Source: Welwitschia mirabilis
Taxonomy: Eukaryota
DNA: 64,000 bases
Direction: 5' to 3'
Assembly: GCA_051453625.1 (NCBI GenBank)
Contig: JBOZIK010000001.1
Span: forward strand, 14,023,488 to 14,087,487
Below, piece after piece: positions 13,913 through 25,149 of the stretch; positions within the stretch are counted from its first letter, which is position 1; each line of letters opens with the position of its first letter. A program made the translations under genes and the position numbers. A model generated the notes under the pieces. That model did not search any database. It had not been told where the DNA came from and saw only the letters and a list, made by a program, of their open reading frames with translations.

Positions 13913-13930
13913 TGGTGTTGTTGCCAAGGA
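13913..13930 (+). promoter_or_regulatory. Degraded tRNA-Asp primer-binding site (Athila type)
   Basis: TGGTGTTGTTGCCAAGGA vs consensus TGGCGCCGTTGCCGGGGA; all five differences are C>T or G>A. Confidence 0.85.
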
Positions 13931-15139
13931 TAATGACATAGTAGCTATAGTAAGGGATGTACATTTTTCCTTTTCTTTCATCTTAGATTCTAGTGTTTTT
14001 CATTTCCTTTTTCCTCTCTCTGCACTCTTTAGCATATGGTACTAACCCTGTTCTAGTGATATCTAAATAGTTCTCATTAAGTTACATTTAGATTTTTGCA
14101 TTTCTTTTCTTTTTTGTACTCTTTAGTGAGTGGTACCAGTTATTTTCTAGTAATACCTGAATTGATCCATATTTTTAATTCTTTTAATTTTTCATTGAAT
14201 GGTTTATATTGAATATAAAACATCAATATTATATTAAGTTTTCCATGTGTAGGGCTAACTAGTTCATATAAGGTTTTGCTATCAAGTTTCTCTCAAACCT
14301 AAGCTAAAGTAATTAAAAAAAATATAAGAAATTAAGAATTATAAAAATAAAGAAGAACATTCTTCACTCTCTTTTTTACCTCTACATTTTCATTATAGTA
14401 GACTTTACTTTTAATTCTGTGTACATAGGATTAGATTTCTATTTCTTTTTTTAGTTTTCTATAATATTATTTTTTATAAAATATCTATAAGCTTTCATTT
14501 CAATTTGAACTCTGCAATTTTAATTTCTATAGTTTATCCTCTTTTTCCTAGTATGTAAGCTATGTTGCACAATGCCAACTTTTATAACTCTCTTTTCTTC
14601 AAATGTTTCTATTAGAATCACCTATGTGACCATCATTCCTCACAAGTGCCACTAGCCTTTCTGTGGATCATGCCTTGAACCTTTTCCAAGACCATCATCT
14701 AAAATCTCTAAACCTTTCTTGACATCAATCCTCTATTAAAAATTCATGGATTTATATGTAGTGGAAGTATAAATTATATGATAGATTAATCAGAACCCCT
14801 TTTACAATAAATATGAATCTCAATAACAAGGAAGAAAGACCTACCTTTGGAATGTAGAATCAATGGAAGAACAACAAACTAATAATCCAAATAAATAATT
14901 CCCTTTCTCAAATTCTAAGTTTATCTTTTCAATAACCCATTGACTCACTCAAATATTTAGTCTTTTTAACATCCTCAAATTTCTATTTTAAACTAGACAT
15001 CATGTTAAAATCCTAGTTATAATTAATCCCTTTTTTAACTATTCACCTTGATAAACTATTAAGGACTACTTTAATTCTAGTGTGTATGTATAGCTTCATG
15101 TATTTTGTAATCATCTAATAGTTATAGGTCAGATCTAAA

Positions 15140-18100
15140 ACAAGCCATGATTCAATTCCTTCCTCATTTTCATGACCTTGAGTATGAAGACATATTACTT
15201 ATAGGTAAAGTAGTTCTATTGTGTTATGTTAACTACAACTCACATCTACATCTTAGCCAATAGAATTAGTTTAACCTTATTCCTCTTTTTATTAATAGAC
15301 AAAGCCATATCATGGTTGTATATTTTAAAACCCATTTCCATTAGAACGTGGGCTATGTTAAGTAGATCTTTCATTAATTAATTCTTCCTCGGTGATAAAA
15401 TCAATGCATTAAGATGAAAGATAATAAACTCTAATAAAAATACCATGAAACCTTCTTGTAAACCTTACAAATATTTAAAGAGATCCTCTCAAAATGCCCA
15501 CAAAACCATTTTGAAAAGGGAATAATAATAAGTTTATTTTATAAAGTACTAACCTTCAAAAATAGATAATTAGTATAAATGATGAGAATAGATAGTTTTC
15601 TTAATCTAACAATTGATGAAGCTCAGGATTATGTAGAGTTAATTGTTAAGAGTTCAAAGAATGAAAAGAAATCTAATAAACCTTCTAGATCCCAATACTT
15701 AGTTAAGTTCATTAGTGTTTTTAAAGTTCTAGATAATTTTGATGTTAATAAACAAATTGATAAACTTTTCAAAAAATTGGAGTCCTTTATTGAATAGCCC
15801 AATTTTATAGCCTCTAAATCTAGATGCTTGGTTTTTCATGTTAACATTCATGAAACTTAATAATCCATAATCAAATACTTACAAATCTGGATGGAGGAGC
15901 CATCTAAATTTTTCTTTGAAGTATAATAATAGCTATAACCATGCTTCAAATAATTAATCTAGAAGCTCATTTACTAACTCTTTTCATCCTTATGCTTCAT
16001 CTTCACACTAATATCATTCATTCTCAAATCATCATCTATTATAATTAAACATTCTANNNNNNNNNNNNNNNNNNNNNNNNNNNNNNNNNNNNNNNNNNNN
16101 NNNNNNNNNNNNNNNNNNNNNNNNNNNNNNNNNNNNNNNNNNNNNNNNNNNNNNNNAAAACAAGCCATGATTCAATTCCTTCCTCATTTTCATGACCTTG
16201 AGTATGAAGACATATTACTCACACCTAAAGTAGTTATATTGTGTTATGTCAATTACACCTCACATCTACATCTTAGCCAATAGAATTAGGTTAAACTTAT
16301 TCCTCTTTTTATTAATAGACAAAGCCATATCATGGTTGTATATTTTAAAACCCATTTCCATTAGAACTTGGGCTATGTTAAGTAGATCTTTCATTAATTA
16401 ATTCTTTCTTAGTGATAAAATCAATGCATTAAGATGAGAAATAATAAACTCTAATAAAAATACCATGAAACCTTGTTGTAAACCTTATAAATATTTAAAG
16501 AGATCCTCTCAAAATGCCCACAAAACCATTTTGAAAAGGGAAGAATAATAAGTTTATTTTATAAAGTACTATCCTTTAAAAATAGATAATTAATAGAAAT
16601 GATGAGAATAGGTAGTTTTCTTAATCTAACAATTGATGAAGCTCAACATTATGTAGAGTCAGTTGTTGAGATTCAAAGAATGAAAATAAATCTAATAAAC
16701 CTTCTAGATTCCAATACTTAATTAAGTTCATTATTGTTTTTAAAGTTTTAGATAATTTTGATGTTAATAAATAAATTGATAAACTTTTCAAAAAATTGGA
16801 GTCCTTTATTGAATAGCCCAAGTTTATAGCCTCTAAATCCAAATGCTTGGTTTTTCATGTTAACATTAATGAAACTTAATAATCCATAATCAAACACTTA
16901 CAAATCTAGATGGAGGAGCCATCTAAATTTTTCTTTGAATAGAATAATAGCTATAACGATGCTTTAAATAATCAATATAGAAGCTCATTTACTTACTCTT
17001 TTCATCCTTATGATTCATATTCACACTAATATCATTCATTCTCAAATCATCATCTATTATAATTAAACATTCTAAAAACTCAAACGAATCTTGAGTAGGA
17101 ACAAATTAATTAAAAAAGCTCTTTCATCTTGCACAAATGCAAATAAAACATTCAACATCTCAATCAAGCCACCATCCATATAATTTGTTCTCTTAATCAT
17201 CATGAATAAGGAAAACTCCTCATGATTCCTAAACCAAATCCTAGTAAGTATCAAGAAAATAGAAGTAATAAAAAATGGTTAAATTAAAAAAATAAAAGCC
17301 ATCCATCTTAGGAGTAGAAAAGATATTAATCAAGAATTAGAACAAAGTCAATCTAATGAAGAGGAAACACCAACTAAAACCAGTGGAAAAAATAAATAGT
17401 AGAAGTAAATTGAAAATCCAGTACTAACTTATAAAAAACCTTTACCATTTCATAATAGTTTAAAGGAATAATATTAAAAAAAAGTAACTAAAAGAATTAA
17501 AGATTTTTAAGGAATTAAAAATTAAAATGCCTATTTTGTAATTCATAAAACAAGAAAAGTTCCTTTACATACAAAATTTCTTAAAGATATGTGTATTATT
17601 AAGAGACAAATTTATTTTAAGATAAATGTTTTTTAAGATTAATAGATCAAAAAAATCATACAAAGTTAAATTCCTTCTAAATATAAAGATCCTAGTTATC
17701 CAACAATAGCAATTACAATTGTAGATAAACACCTAATACAAGCCCTATTATATCTTGGAGCAATTATTAATTTGTTATTCATTATGTTTGCAAGGAACAT
17801 GGCTTAAATCATTTTAAAATACCAAAACTCTAATTACAATTGGCTAATAATTCTTTCAAGTTATTACATGTAATATTAGAAGATCTAATAGTTTAAGTAT
17901 ATAATTGTTGTTTTCTAGTAGACTACATAGTGTTAGAAATGGAATAAGTGAAACATCATTTTGTCCTTTTTATCTTAGGAATACCTCGCCTTACAACTTT
18001 AAGTGCTTTTATTAATTATAGAAGTAGGCTAATGAAAATCTCTTATGAAAATAACTATGTATTTAAATATTTTTAGCATCATGAAATTATTAGGAAATGT

Positions 18101-18350
18101 TAATAAATTTGATCTTGTTGATGGAATTAATAATGAACCTCATGACCTTGAATCTTTTCTTTGTGAAAAAAATGTTTTCATCTTGTATTCTAATTTAAAT
18201 TTTAATTTTGAAAATGACCCCTCTTTTTCTTTAGAGCCATCTTTTGAAGATGTGAAAGATGTTTTGTTTTCTTATTCTATAGTACCTTAACCTAAGAAAG
18301 ATATTTTCCAAGAATTATTAGAGAAGCATAAAAATGCCATAGGTTGGAAT
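15140..18350 (+). pseudogene. Degenerate gag + aspartic protease of outer Athila-like element (gag segment present twice across the 16057-16156 gap)
   Basis: Gag motifs 'MIQFLPHFHDLEYED' and 'LF.FLLIDKAISWLYILKPISIRTW'. Protease motifs 'PSKYKDPSYPTI', 'ALLYLGA' (cf. ALLDLGAS) and 'FILGIP.L...A.IN.R'. Homology ends at 'LLEKHKNAIGW' (~18320-18350). Many stops and frameshifts. Confidence 0.85.
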
Positions 18351-19020
18351 GTCTAAACTCTACTATTTATAATTTTCATATCCTTTTTAAGTTTTTGAAC
18401 TTATGTATAAAGTTTTCTCATAAAAATTTTTTCTTTTCTATCATTTGATTTTAATTCTTATCTCCTAAGCATCATAGTCATAATTCTTTTGAATTTCCTC
18501 CTTACATTTCATTGAGCAACCCTTTTTTAAGATTAATTTTACTTTAGGATCATAAAATAATTTAATAAGACATCAAATGTTTCCTAAGGACTTCTATCTC
18601 ATAGAAGGCCATAAGAACTATTATTTATTTAACCATCCCCTTAAGCCTTTCCATTTGTACATTCCATTTTCAAATAGCTCCATTAATCCTATAAACCATC
18701 TCTTCTCCTATTCCCTTATTAGCTTCTGAGGATTACTAACTTTGGTTGATGGATTACAATACTTAAACTAATAATAAGTAATCTTTTATTAATTCCAAGA
18801 TTTGGTTAAGATTAGCTACACATATGTTTTCAAGAGAAATTTATTTTTATCTTAAGATTTTCATTTACTTAAGGTCTTCAATTTTGGAAAAGCAAATGGA
18901 TAAAAAGGTGAAGTATTTAGNNNNNNNNNNNNNNNNNNNNNNNNNNNNNNNNNNNNNNNNNNNNNNNNNNNNNNNNNNNNNNNNNNNNNNNNNNNNNNNN
19001 NNNNNNNNNNNNNNNNNNNN

Positions 19021-19759
19021 ATTTCAATTACAAATTCATGTCACTTAAATTGCAATTAAGATAAGCTATAAGGAAGAACAATAAAACAGTTGAAAATTTT
19101 TCAATTCAATCAATACTTTTATTAATGAAATTGAAGTACATCCACTCATGACAAGAACTCCTTAATGAAAGATTCTCTACCTAACACCAAGGTGGTCCTT
19201 CTCACAAGTATGATGGGTCTTCTTACCTCCAACAATCTTAAATTGTCACAAGAATGTAGATGCAAAAGATGATTCTGAATAGGGTTTGAAGGGATCTATT
19301 TATAGGTTGGGATAGGTCACTAAAGGGTATGAAATGAAGAGGTAAAAGTTAAATACATCCTTTCATGACAATTTAATTAACTTTATACATAAGTGTCATC
19401 CCTCGTGTCGTCTCCACAAAATTGAGGATGACATACCATCTTCTAACTAATGCTTTGCACATATCCAAAAAGCTGACTGTCATCCTAAACATCATCTCAA
19501 TGACAAAGAGGATGATCATAATTTCTTGGTTGTCATCCCCTATGTCGTCCCCATGACAGTGAGAATGATAAATATATCTTTATTATTTTTCTTTAGTTAT
19601 TCTTTATCCAAAAATGGCTTCTTATTTGGAGTATTAATGCATATTTTAGCCTACATAAAAGCTTTGTAGAATTTTCATAAATCCATGGAAAAACCTGTAA
19701 ATAGTACCTAAAAATATACTTTACAAGTGCATTAAATAGGTCAAGTTGGCATCTCAACA
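19021..19759 (-). mobile_element. Partial LTR (5' end at 19759) of an Athila-like family inserted in the outer element; same family as the LTR at 61037
   Basis: Reverse complement begins TGTTGAGATGCCAACTTGACCTATTTAATGCACTTG and aligns for >100 bp with 61037 onward. Has a CTATTTATAG TATA motif and GTCATCC/GGATGAC palindromic repeats. The other end is lost in a gap. Confidence 0.8.
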
Positions 19760-21820
19760 GTATTTAAATATTTTTATCATCATGAAATTATTATGAGATG
19801 TTAATAAATTTGATCTTGTTAATGGGATTAATAATGAATCTCATGACCTTGAATCTTTTCTCTGTGAGAAAAATGTTTTCATCTTATATTATAATTTAAA
19901 TTTAAATTTTGGAAATGACCCCTCTTTTCCTTTAGAGCCATCTTTTGAAGATGTGAAACATGTTTTGTTTTCTTATTCTATAGTACCTTAACCTAAGAAA
20001 GATATTTTGCAAGAATTATTAGAGAAGCATAAAAATGCCATAGGTTGGAATGTTTAAACTCTACTATTTGTACTTTTCATATACTTTTTAAGTTTTTGAA
20101 CTCATGAAAATTGTTTCTTTTCCATCATTTGATTTTAATTCTTACCATCCTAAACATCATAGTCATAATACTTCTGAATTTCCTCCTTACATTTCATTGA
20201 GCAATCCTCTTTTAAGATTAATTTTACTTTAGGATTATAAAATAATTTAATAAGATGCCAAATGTTTCCTAAGGACTTCTATCTCATAGAAGGCCATAAG
20301 AACTATTATTTATTTAACCATTCCCTTAAGCCTTTCCATTTGTTCATTCCATTTTCAAATAGATCCATTAAGCCTATAAACCATCTCTCCTCCTATTCCC
20401 TTATTATTTTCTGAGGTTTACTAAATTTGGTTGATGGATTACAATAATTAAACTAATAATAAGTGATCTTTTATTAATTCCAAGTTTTGGTTAATATTAG
20501 CTACACATATGTTTTCAAGAGAAATTTATTTTTATTTTAAGATATGTTGTCAATATTTTCATTTACTTGAGGTCTTTAATTTTGGAAAAGCTAATGGATG
20601 AAAAGGTGAAGTATTTAGTTTTATATTGTACCATATGTTTTCAATCATTTATTAGGATAAGATTATTTATCAATTAGGATAATGATCCAATAACCCTCTT
20701 ATGTGCATATAAGGAAAAGTTATATGAGAAGTAAAATTAAAAGAAAAAATAAAATCTCTTCTTCAAAAGCACATTTTTCTTGTTAATTATTTTTGTTGGT
20801 TTTAAATAATTACATCAGGGCTATGGATGCTTGTTCTTAATGAAACTTTAATGACCTATTCATGGCATTTTTAACTATATCAAGTTTATAAACACTCACT
20901 GGCAATACAATGTTAAATTCTTCATGCATAACATGCTTGACTATGTTTGAAGAAAGTTCCATAATACTTAATGCTTAATAATATAAAAAGGCTTAAAACA
21001 AAGGTACTAGTAATTATAAAAAGAAAATTTAAAAAGAAAATTAAGATGAGAATTAGATATCTTTTGTGTTTCACTTTATTTAACAATTATACTTAAGATT
21101 TCTTTACTACTCTTGGATTTGCAAAGGAGTACTTTATCAATACCTTACTTATGTAATATTTAGATCCATTAATTAAAGTGAAAAATTACAAAAATGTCAA
21201 GAATCAAGGCCATTAGCTTAGATAATTCATCTCTTGTATTCATAAATTACATGATCAAGTTTTTATTTTCATTATCATTTTTAATTTCATGCCCATTTTC
21301 ATTACCATTTTTACCTTATCTCCATTTTATAAGAAGCACAAATGTTTTTATTATAAAATAACTTTTAAATTTATGTTTTTGGACTAAGTAAAGTAATTGC
21401 AAACTATTAGCAATAAGGTTTTAGCTGAGAATTGGGGTTTGGGAATTCTAGTAAATACTTTATGTGTTAACTTTTTCTTATGTATTATAGATTAGTTTTA
21501 CATTGGTTTATACTTTTTTCCCCTTTTTCTAGTTATAGTAAAATAAAATGTGTAAATCATATTTCTTTTAAATAATTATTATCAAACTTTGCATTGATTT
21601 TTCTATCATTCTAAACTCAAAGTTCAAGTTTGGTGGGGGAGCATGGGATTTGAATTTTTCAACAAATTTCGTTTTTAATGCATAATTTTTCAAAAATTAG
21701 TTAAAATGTTTCAAATTTTTTATATCATGATTAAATGTTTTATTTACAAATTTTTACATATTAGTCATTATTTATCATCCTTTTTTGTTAAGGAACTAGT
21801 ATAAGTTTGGTTAGAAGGTG

Positions 21821-22634
21821 TGTTAATATGTAAAATTATCATTTATCCTAAGAGTTTTAGAACAATTTCTTATAAGTGAAGATATTAATTTAAGTATTTT
21901 AATAATAAAACCATGTCTTTTATATTATTTAATGTTAAAATTATATATTTATTCACGGTATTTTTAGGTCCTTTGGAGCATAAGTCACAAACATGGAACT
22001 GATTTAAAAGAAACTAGTAGTGGCACTAGTTAGAGTGGTGCTGGTTACTTGAGAAGGATTACTGTAAAACTTACATCTTAAGTTTGCCATAGAGAAGTAA
22101 TTTATTTCTAGTTGTGACCCCAATCATTTGCTATACTAAAATCTAACGATTACCTTTAGCCATAAAGTAACCAATTTTACATAAAAAGATGGTAGTGCTA
22201 AAGACATGTGATGATGGCACTTGTTGGTAAAGGAATCCTACTTTAATGTTGATATCTTAGGCTCATCATGATAATCACTTAACCAAACACCAAAAGATAG
22301 AATCTTATCCACCCCATAAAACACTAAAAGATAAAAAATCTGAACCATCTTAAATCTAGTTTTTCCTATAAAAAGGGCCAATCTCCTTATTTTTAATAGT
22401 CTTTAGCATATGGAAGCATTTATCTCTAGAGCATAAAAGTGATCTAGCATTTCATGCTAAACTTTCCCTTTGGAAACGGATCAGTCTTAAGGATATATTA
22501 ATGTTTTTAATTAAGCTTGAGTTTTTCTTCACTAATATACTATATAATTTCTTTCTAATAATAAAGATAGTAGTTTTTATTTCTTGATTTCAAGTTGTAA
22601 TTTAGTTCATAGTTTCAATAGTTGATATGAAGTT
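21821..22634 (+). repeat. 3' LTR of outer element, left part
   Basis: Starts with TG after a purine tract and aligns with 12578-13404. Homology stops abruptly at the nested insertion. Confidence 0.85.
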
Positions 22635-24570
22635 TGATAAGAACTAATAATGATGTAAAGTTTAGGGCATTGCGGTCCTTCCCTCCCTTAGCTTCTTGCT
22701 GAACACACTGACTCTTCACCCTTGCTACCCTGGCAAGGAAAACAGTATCATGCTGACAACACCATTTATTCTGATTCTACTGATCGAATATGGGCACCCA
22801 AGCTAGTAGGGAAACTACTGCTAGCGGTCTATCTATTATTGTGACTATCTACGTCCTAGTGAATGCTGGGAATTGGATGCGGCATATCAGGGAACTGAAG
22901 TAACTTCCACGTGGTGGTTGGACTTGGTACTTAACCTCTTGATATTCTTTTCTATATATACTGGCAGTAACTATTGTTTATGCATCTTTCCTCACTGCGA
23001 GAGTACGTCCACCCTAGGACGCTACTCCTTTCAATCTTCCTTTATGTTGTTTGCAAAATTTTGTTTTTCCTATTAATGAAATGATTTTATTTTTATAATT
23101 ATATATTTTAAACAGTGTTCAATATTTCTCTTTAGCATTTAAGTTAATATACTAGTAGATTAATAGGTTAGTAGATTAGTTAGTTAGTATGTTAGTAGGT
23201 CTATATATATATATATGATGTTCCAATTATAAAATGCAATCTGGCATGAGGATGAGGGAGAAGATCAAGGTGGAGAAAATATAGTAATAAATTTAATCAT
23301 AAATCTATTCCTTAAGAGTAATGAAACGAAATAATAAAATAAAAAGACACTAAAGGGTGTAAGGAGGAGATCATCATGAAGAGTAGGGATCTTTTAATAA
23401 AAGGGCTCTAAAAATAGAACTAAGCAAAGAGGTCAATAAAAAGTTTCAGTCACCTTGAAAAGNNNNNNNNNNNNNNNNNNNNNNNNNNNNNNNNNNNNNN
23501 NNNNNNNNNNNNNNNNNNNNNNNNNNNNNNNNNNNNNNNNNNNNNNNNNNNNNNNNNNNNNNNNNNNNNNNNNNNNNNNNNNNNNNNNNNNNNNNNNNNN
23601 NNNNNNNNNNNNNNNNNNNNNNNNNNNNNNNNNNNNNNNNNNNNNNNNNNNNNNNNNNNNNNNNNNNNNNNNNNNNNNNNNNNNNNNNNNNNNNNNNNNN
23701 NNNNNNNNNNNNNNNNNNNNNNNNNNNNNNNNNNNNNNNNNNNNNNNNNNNNNNNNNNNNNNNNNNNNNNNNNNNNNNNNNNNNNNNNNNNNNNNNNNNN
23801 NNNNNNNNNNNNNNNNNNNNNNNNNNNNNNNNNNNNNNNNNNNNNNNNNNNNNNNNNNNNNNNNNNNNNNNNNNNNNNNNNNNNNNNNNNNNNNNNNNNN
23901 NNNNNNNNNNNNNNNNNNNNNNNNNNNNNNNNNNNNNNNNNNNNNNNNNNNNNNNNNNNNNNNNNNNNNNNNNNNNNNNNNNNNNNNNNNNNNNNNNNNN
24001 NNNNNNNNNNNNNNNNNNNNNNNNNNNNNNNNNTTCTAATTTTCTATTGTTGCATGCCAAGAAAAACATGAACTTATTAGTACATTTTTGTGTAACATTT
24101 TAGTATTTTAATATAAAGTTGAAAAGCTAATATTTTTGAATATCATTATGAACATGTTTTATTACTTAAAAATGTACTATTTTCTTTTCTTTTACTTGCT
24201 CCTATTTATGCAGCTAAACACGAATTAGGATAATTAGTAGTACTTCAAAATAATTATTGTTTAGAATTTCATTTAAAATTATTGTCATGTTTTTTAATTC
24301 TTTTTATTCACCCTAATGTAATATATGTATATAGCAAACTTATAAATTATCAACCTAACTAGTTCAAGTAACTTCATCATGAGCTTATCTTAATGATGTA
24401 TTTTGAACTAAATGGTTAAAATATTAGCATCTTAACTAATTCTTTAGTAAACTTTTGATTTTTATTTAATGATTTAAGCTTATTTTAGGGTAACAACATC
24501 TTTTTTTTTGATGTTTTTAGTGTAGTTTTTAATATGTTTTGTGTTTATTTGATAACATAGAATTCCATCA
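22635..24570 (+). repeat. 5' LTR of nested element (contains a gap and a ~400-bp insert)
   Basis: TG...CA ends; aligns with 39258-40610; followed by PBS-like TGACACTAAATGGAGGA (24574-24590). Confidence 0.85.
22660..23060. other. GC/CpG-rich foreign insert in the 5' LTR (possible organellar/mitochondrial-derived or filler DNA)
   Basis: Absent from the sister LTR (39271-39300 is the empty site). Much higher GC than the flanks, with about nine CpGs in ~400 bp. Origin is inferred only. Confidence 0.6.
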
Positions 24571-25149
24571 TTTTGACACTAAATGGAGGAATATACTAAA
24601 TCAAATAGTAGAGATGAGAAACTTTATAATACAATGAGATAATCAAGGAAAATGATGAGATGAGAAAGGTAGGTATGTTAAAGACCATGATAAATATGAT
24701 TTGGATGAGTAGATTGGAATTAAGATTAAAATAGAAATAGAAGAGAAAGATTTTATGATGAAGGAACAAATTTTTATTAAATTAATGAATGAATTAGAAC
24801 AGNNNNNNNNNNNNNNNNNNNNNNNNNNNNNNNNNNNNNNNNNNNNNNNNNNNNNNNNNNNNNNNNNNNNNNNNNNNNNNNNNNNNNNNNNNNNNNNNNN
24901 NNATGATTTGGATGAGTATATTATAAGTAAGATTAAAATAGAAATAGAAGAGAAACATTTTATGATAAAGGAACAAATGTTTTTCAAATTAATGGATGAA
25001 TTAGAATAACAATTACTTACTCTTCTTAAATTACCTCTCACTCCAAGAGAATCTTTTTACACAATCAAGATAAAAAAATATGAGAAGAAATTTTAGGTAG
25101 GATGCTATTAGAAAGATAATGGAGATTTGAGACCTTTGAATTATAAAAG

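Noticed and set aside
22873..23076. 67-aa ORF in the GC-rich insert as a captured gene
   Set aside because: Non-ATG start, no recognisable motif, and it runs past the insert boundary into LTR sequence.
23446..24069. Long ORFs in the track (also 39494-40276, 50692-51289, 61507-62151)
   Set aside because: They consist almost entirely of N-gap translated as X.
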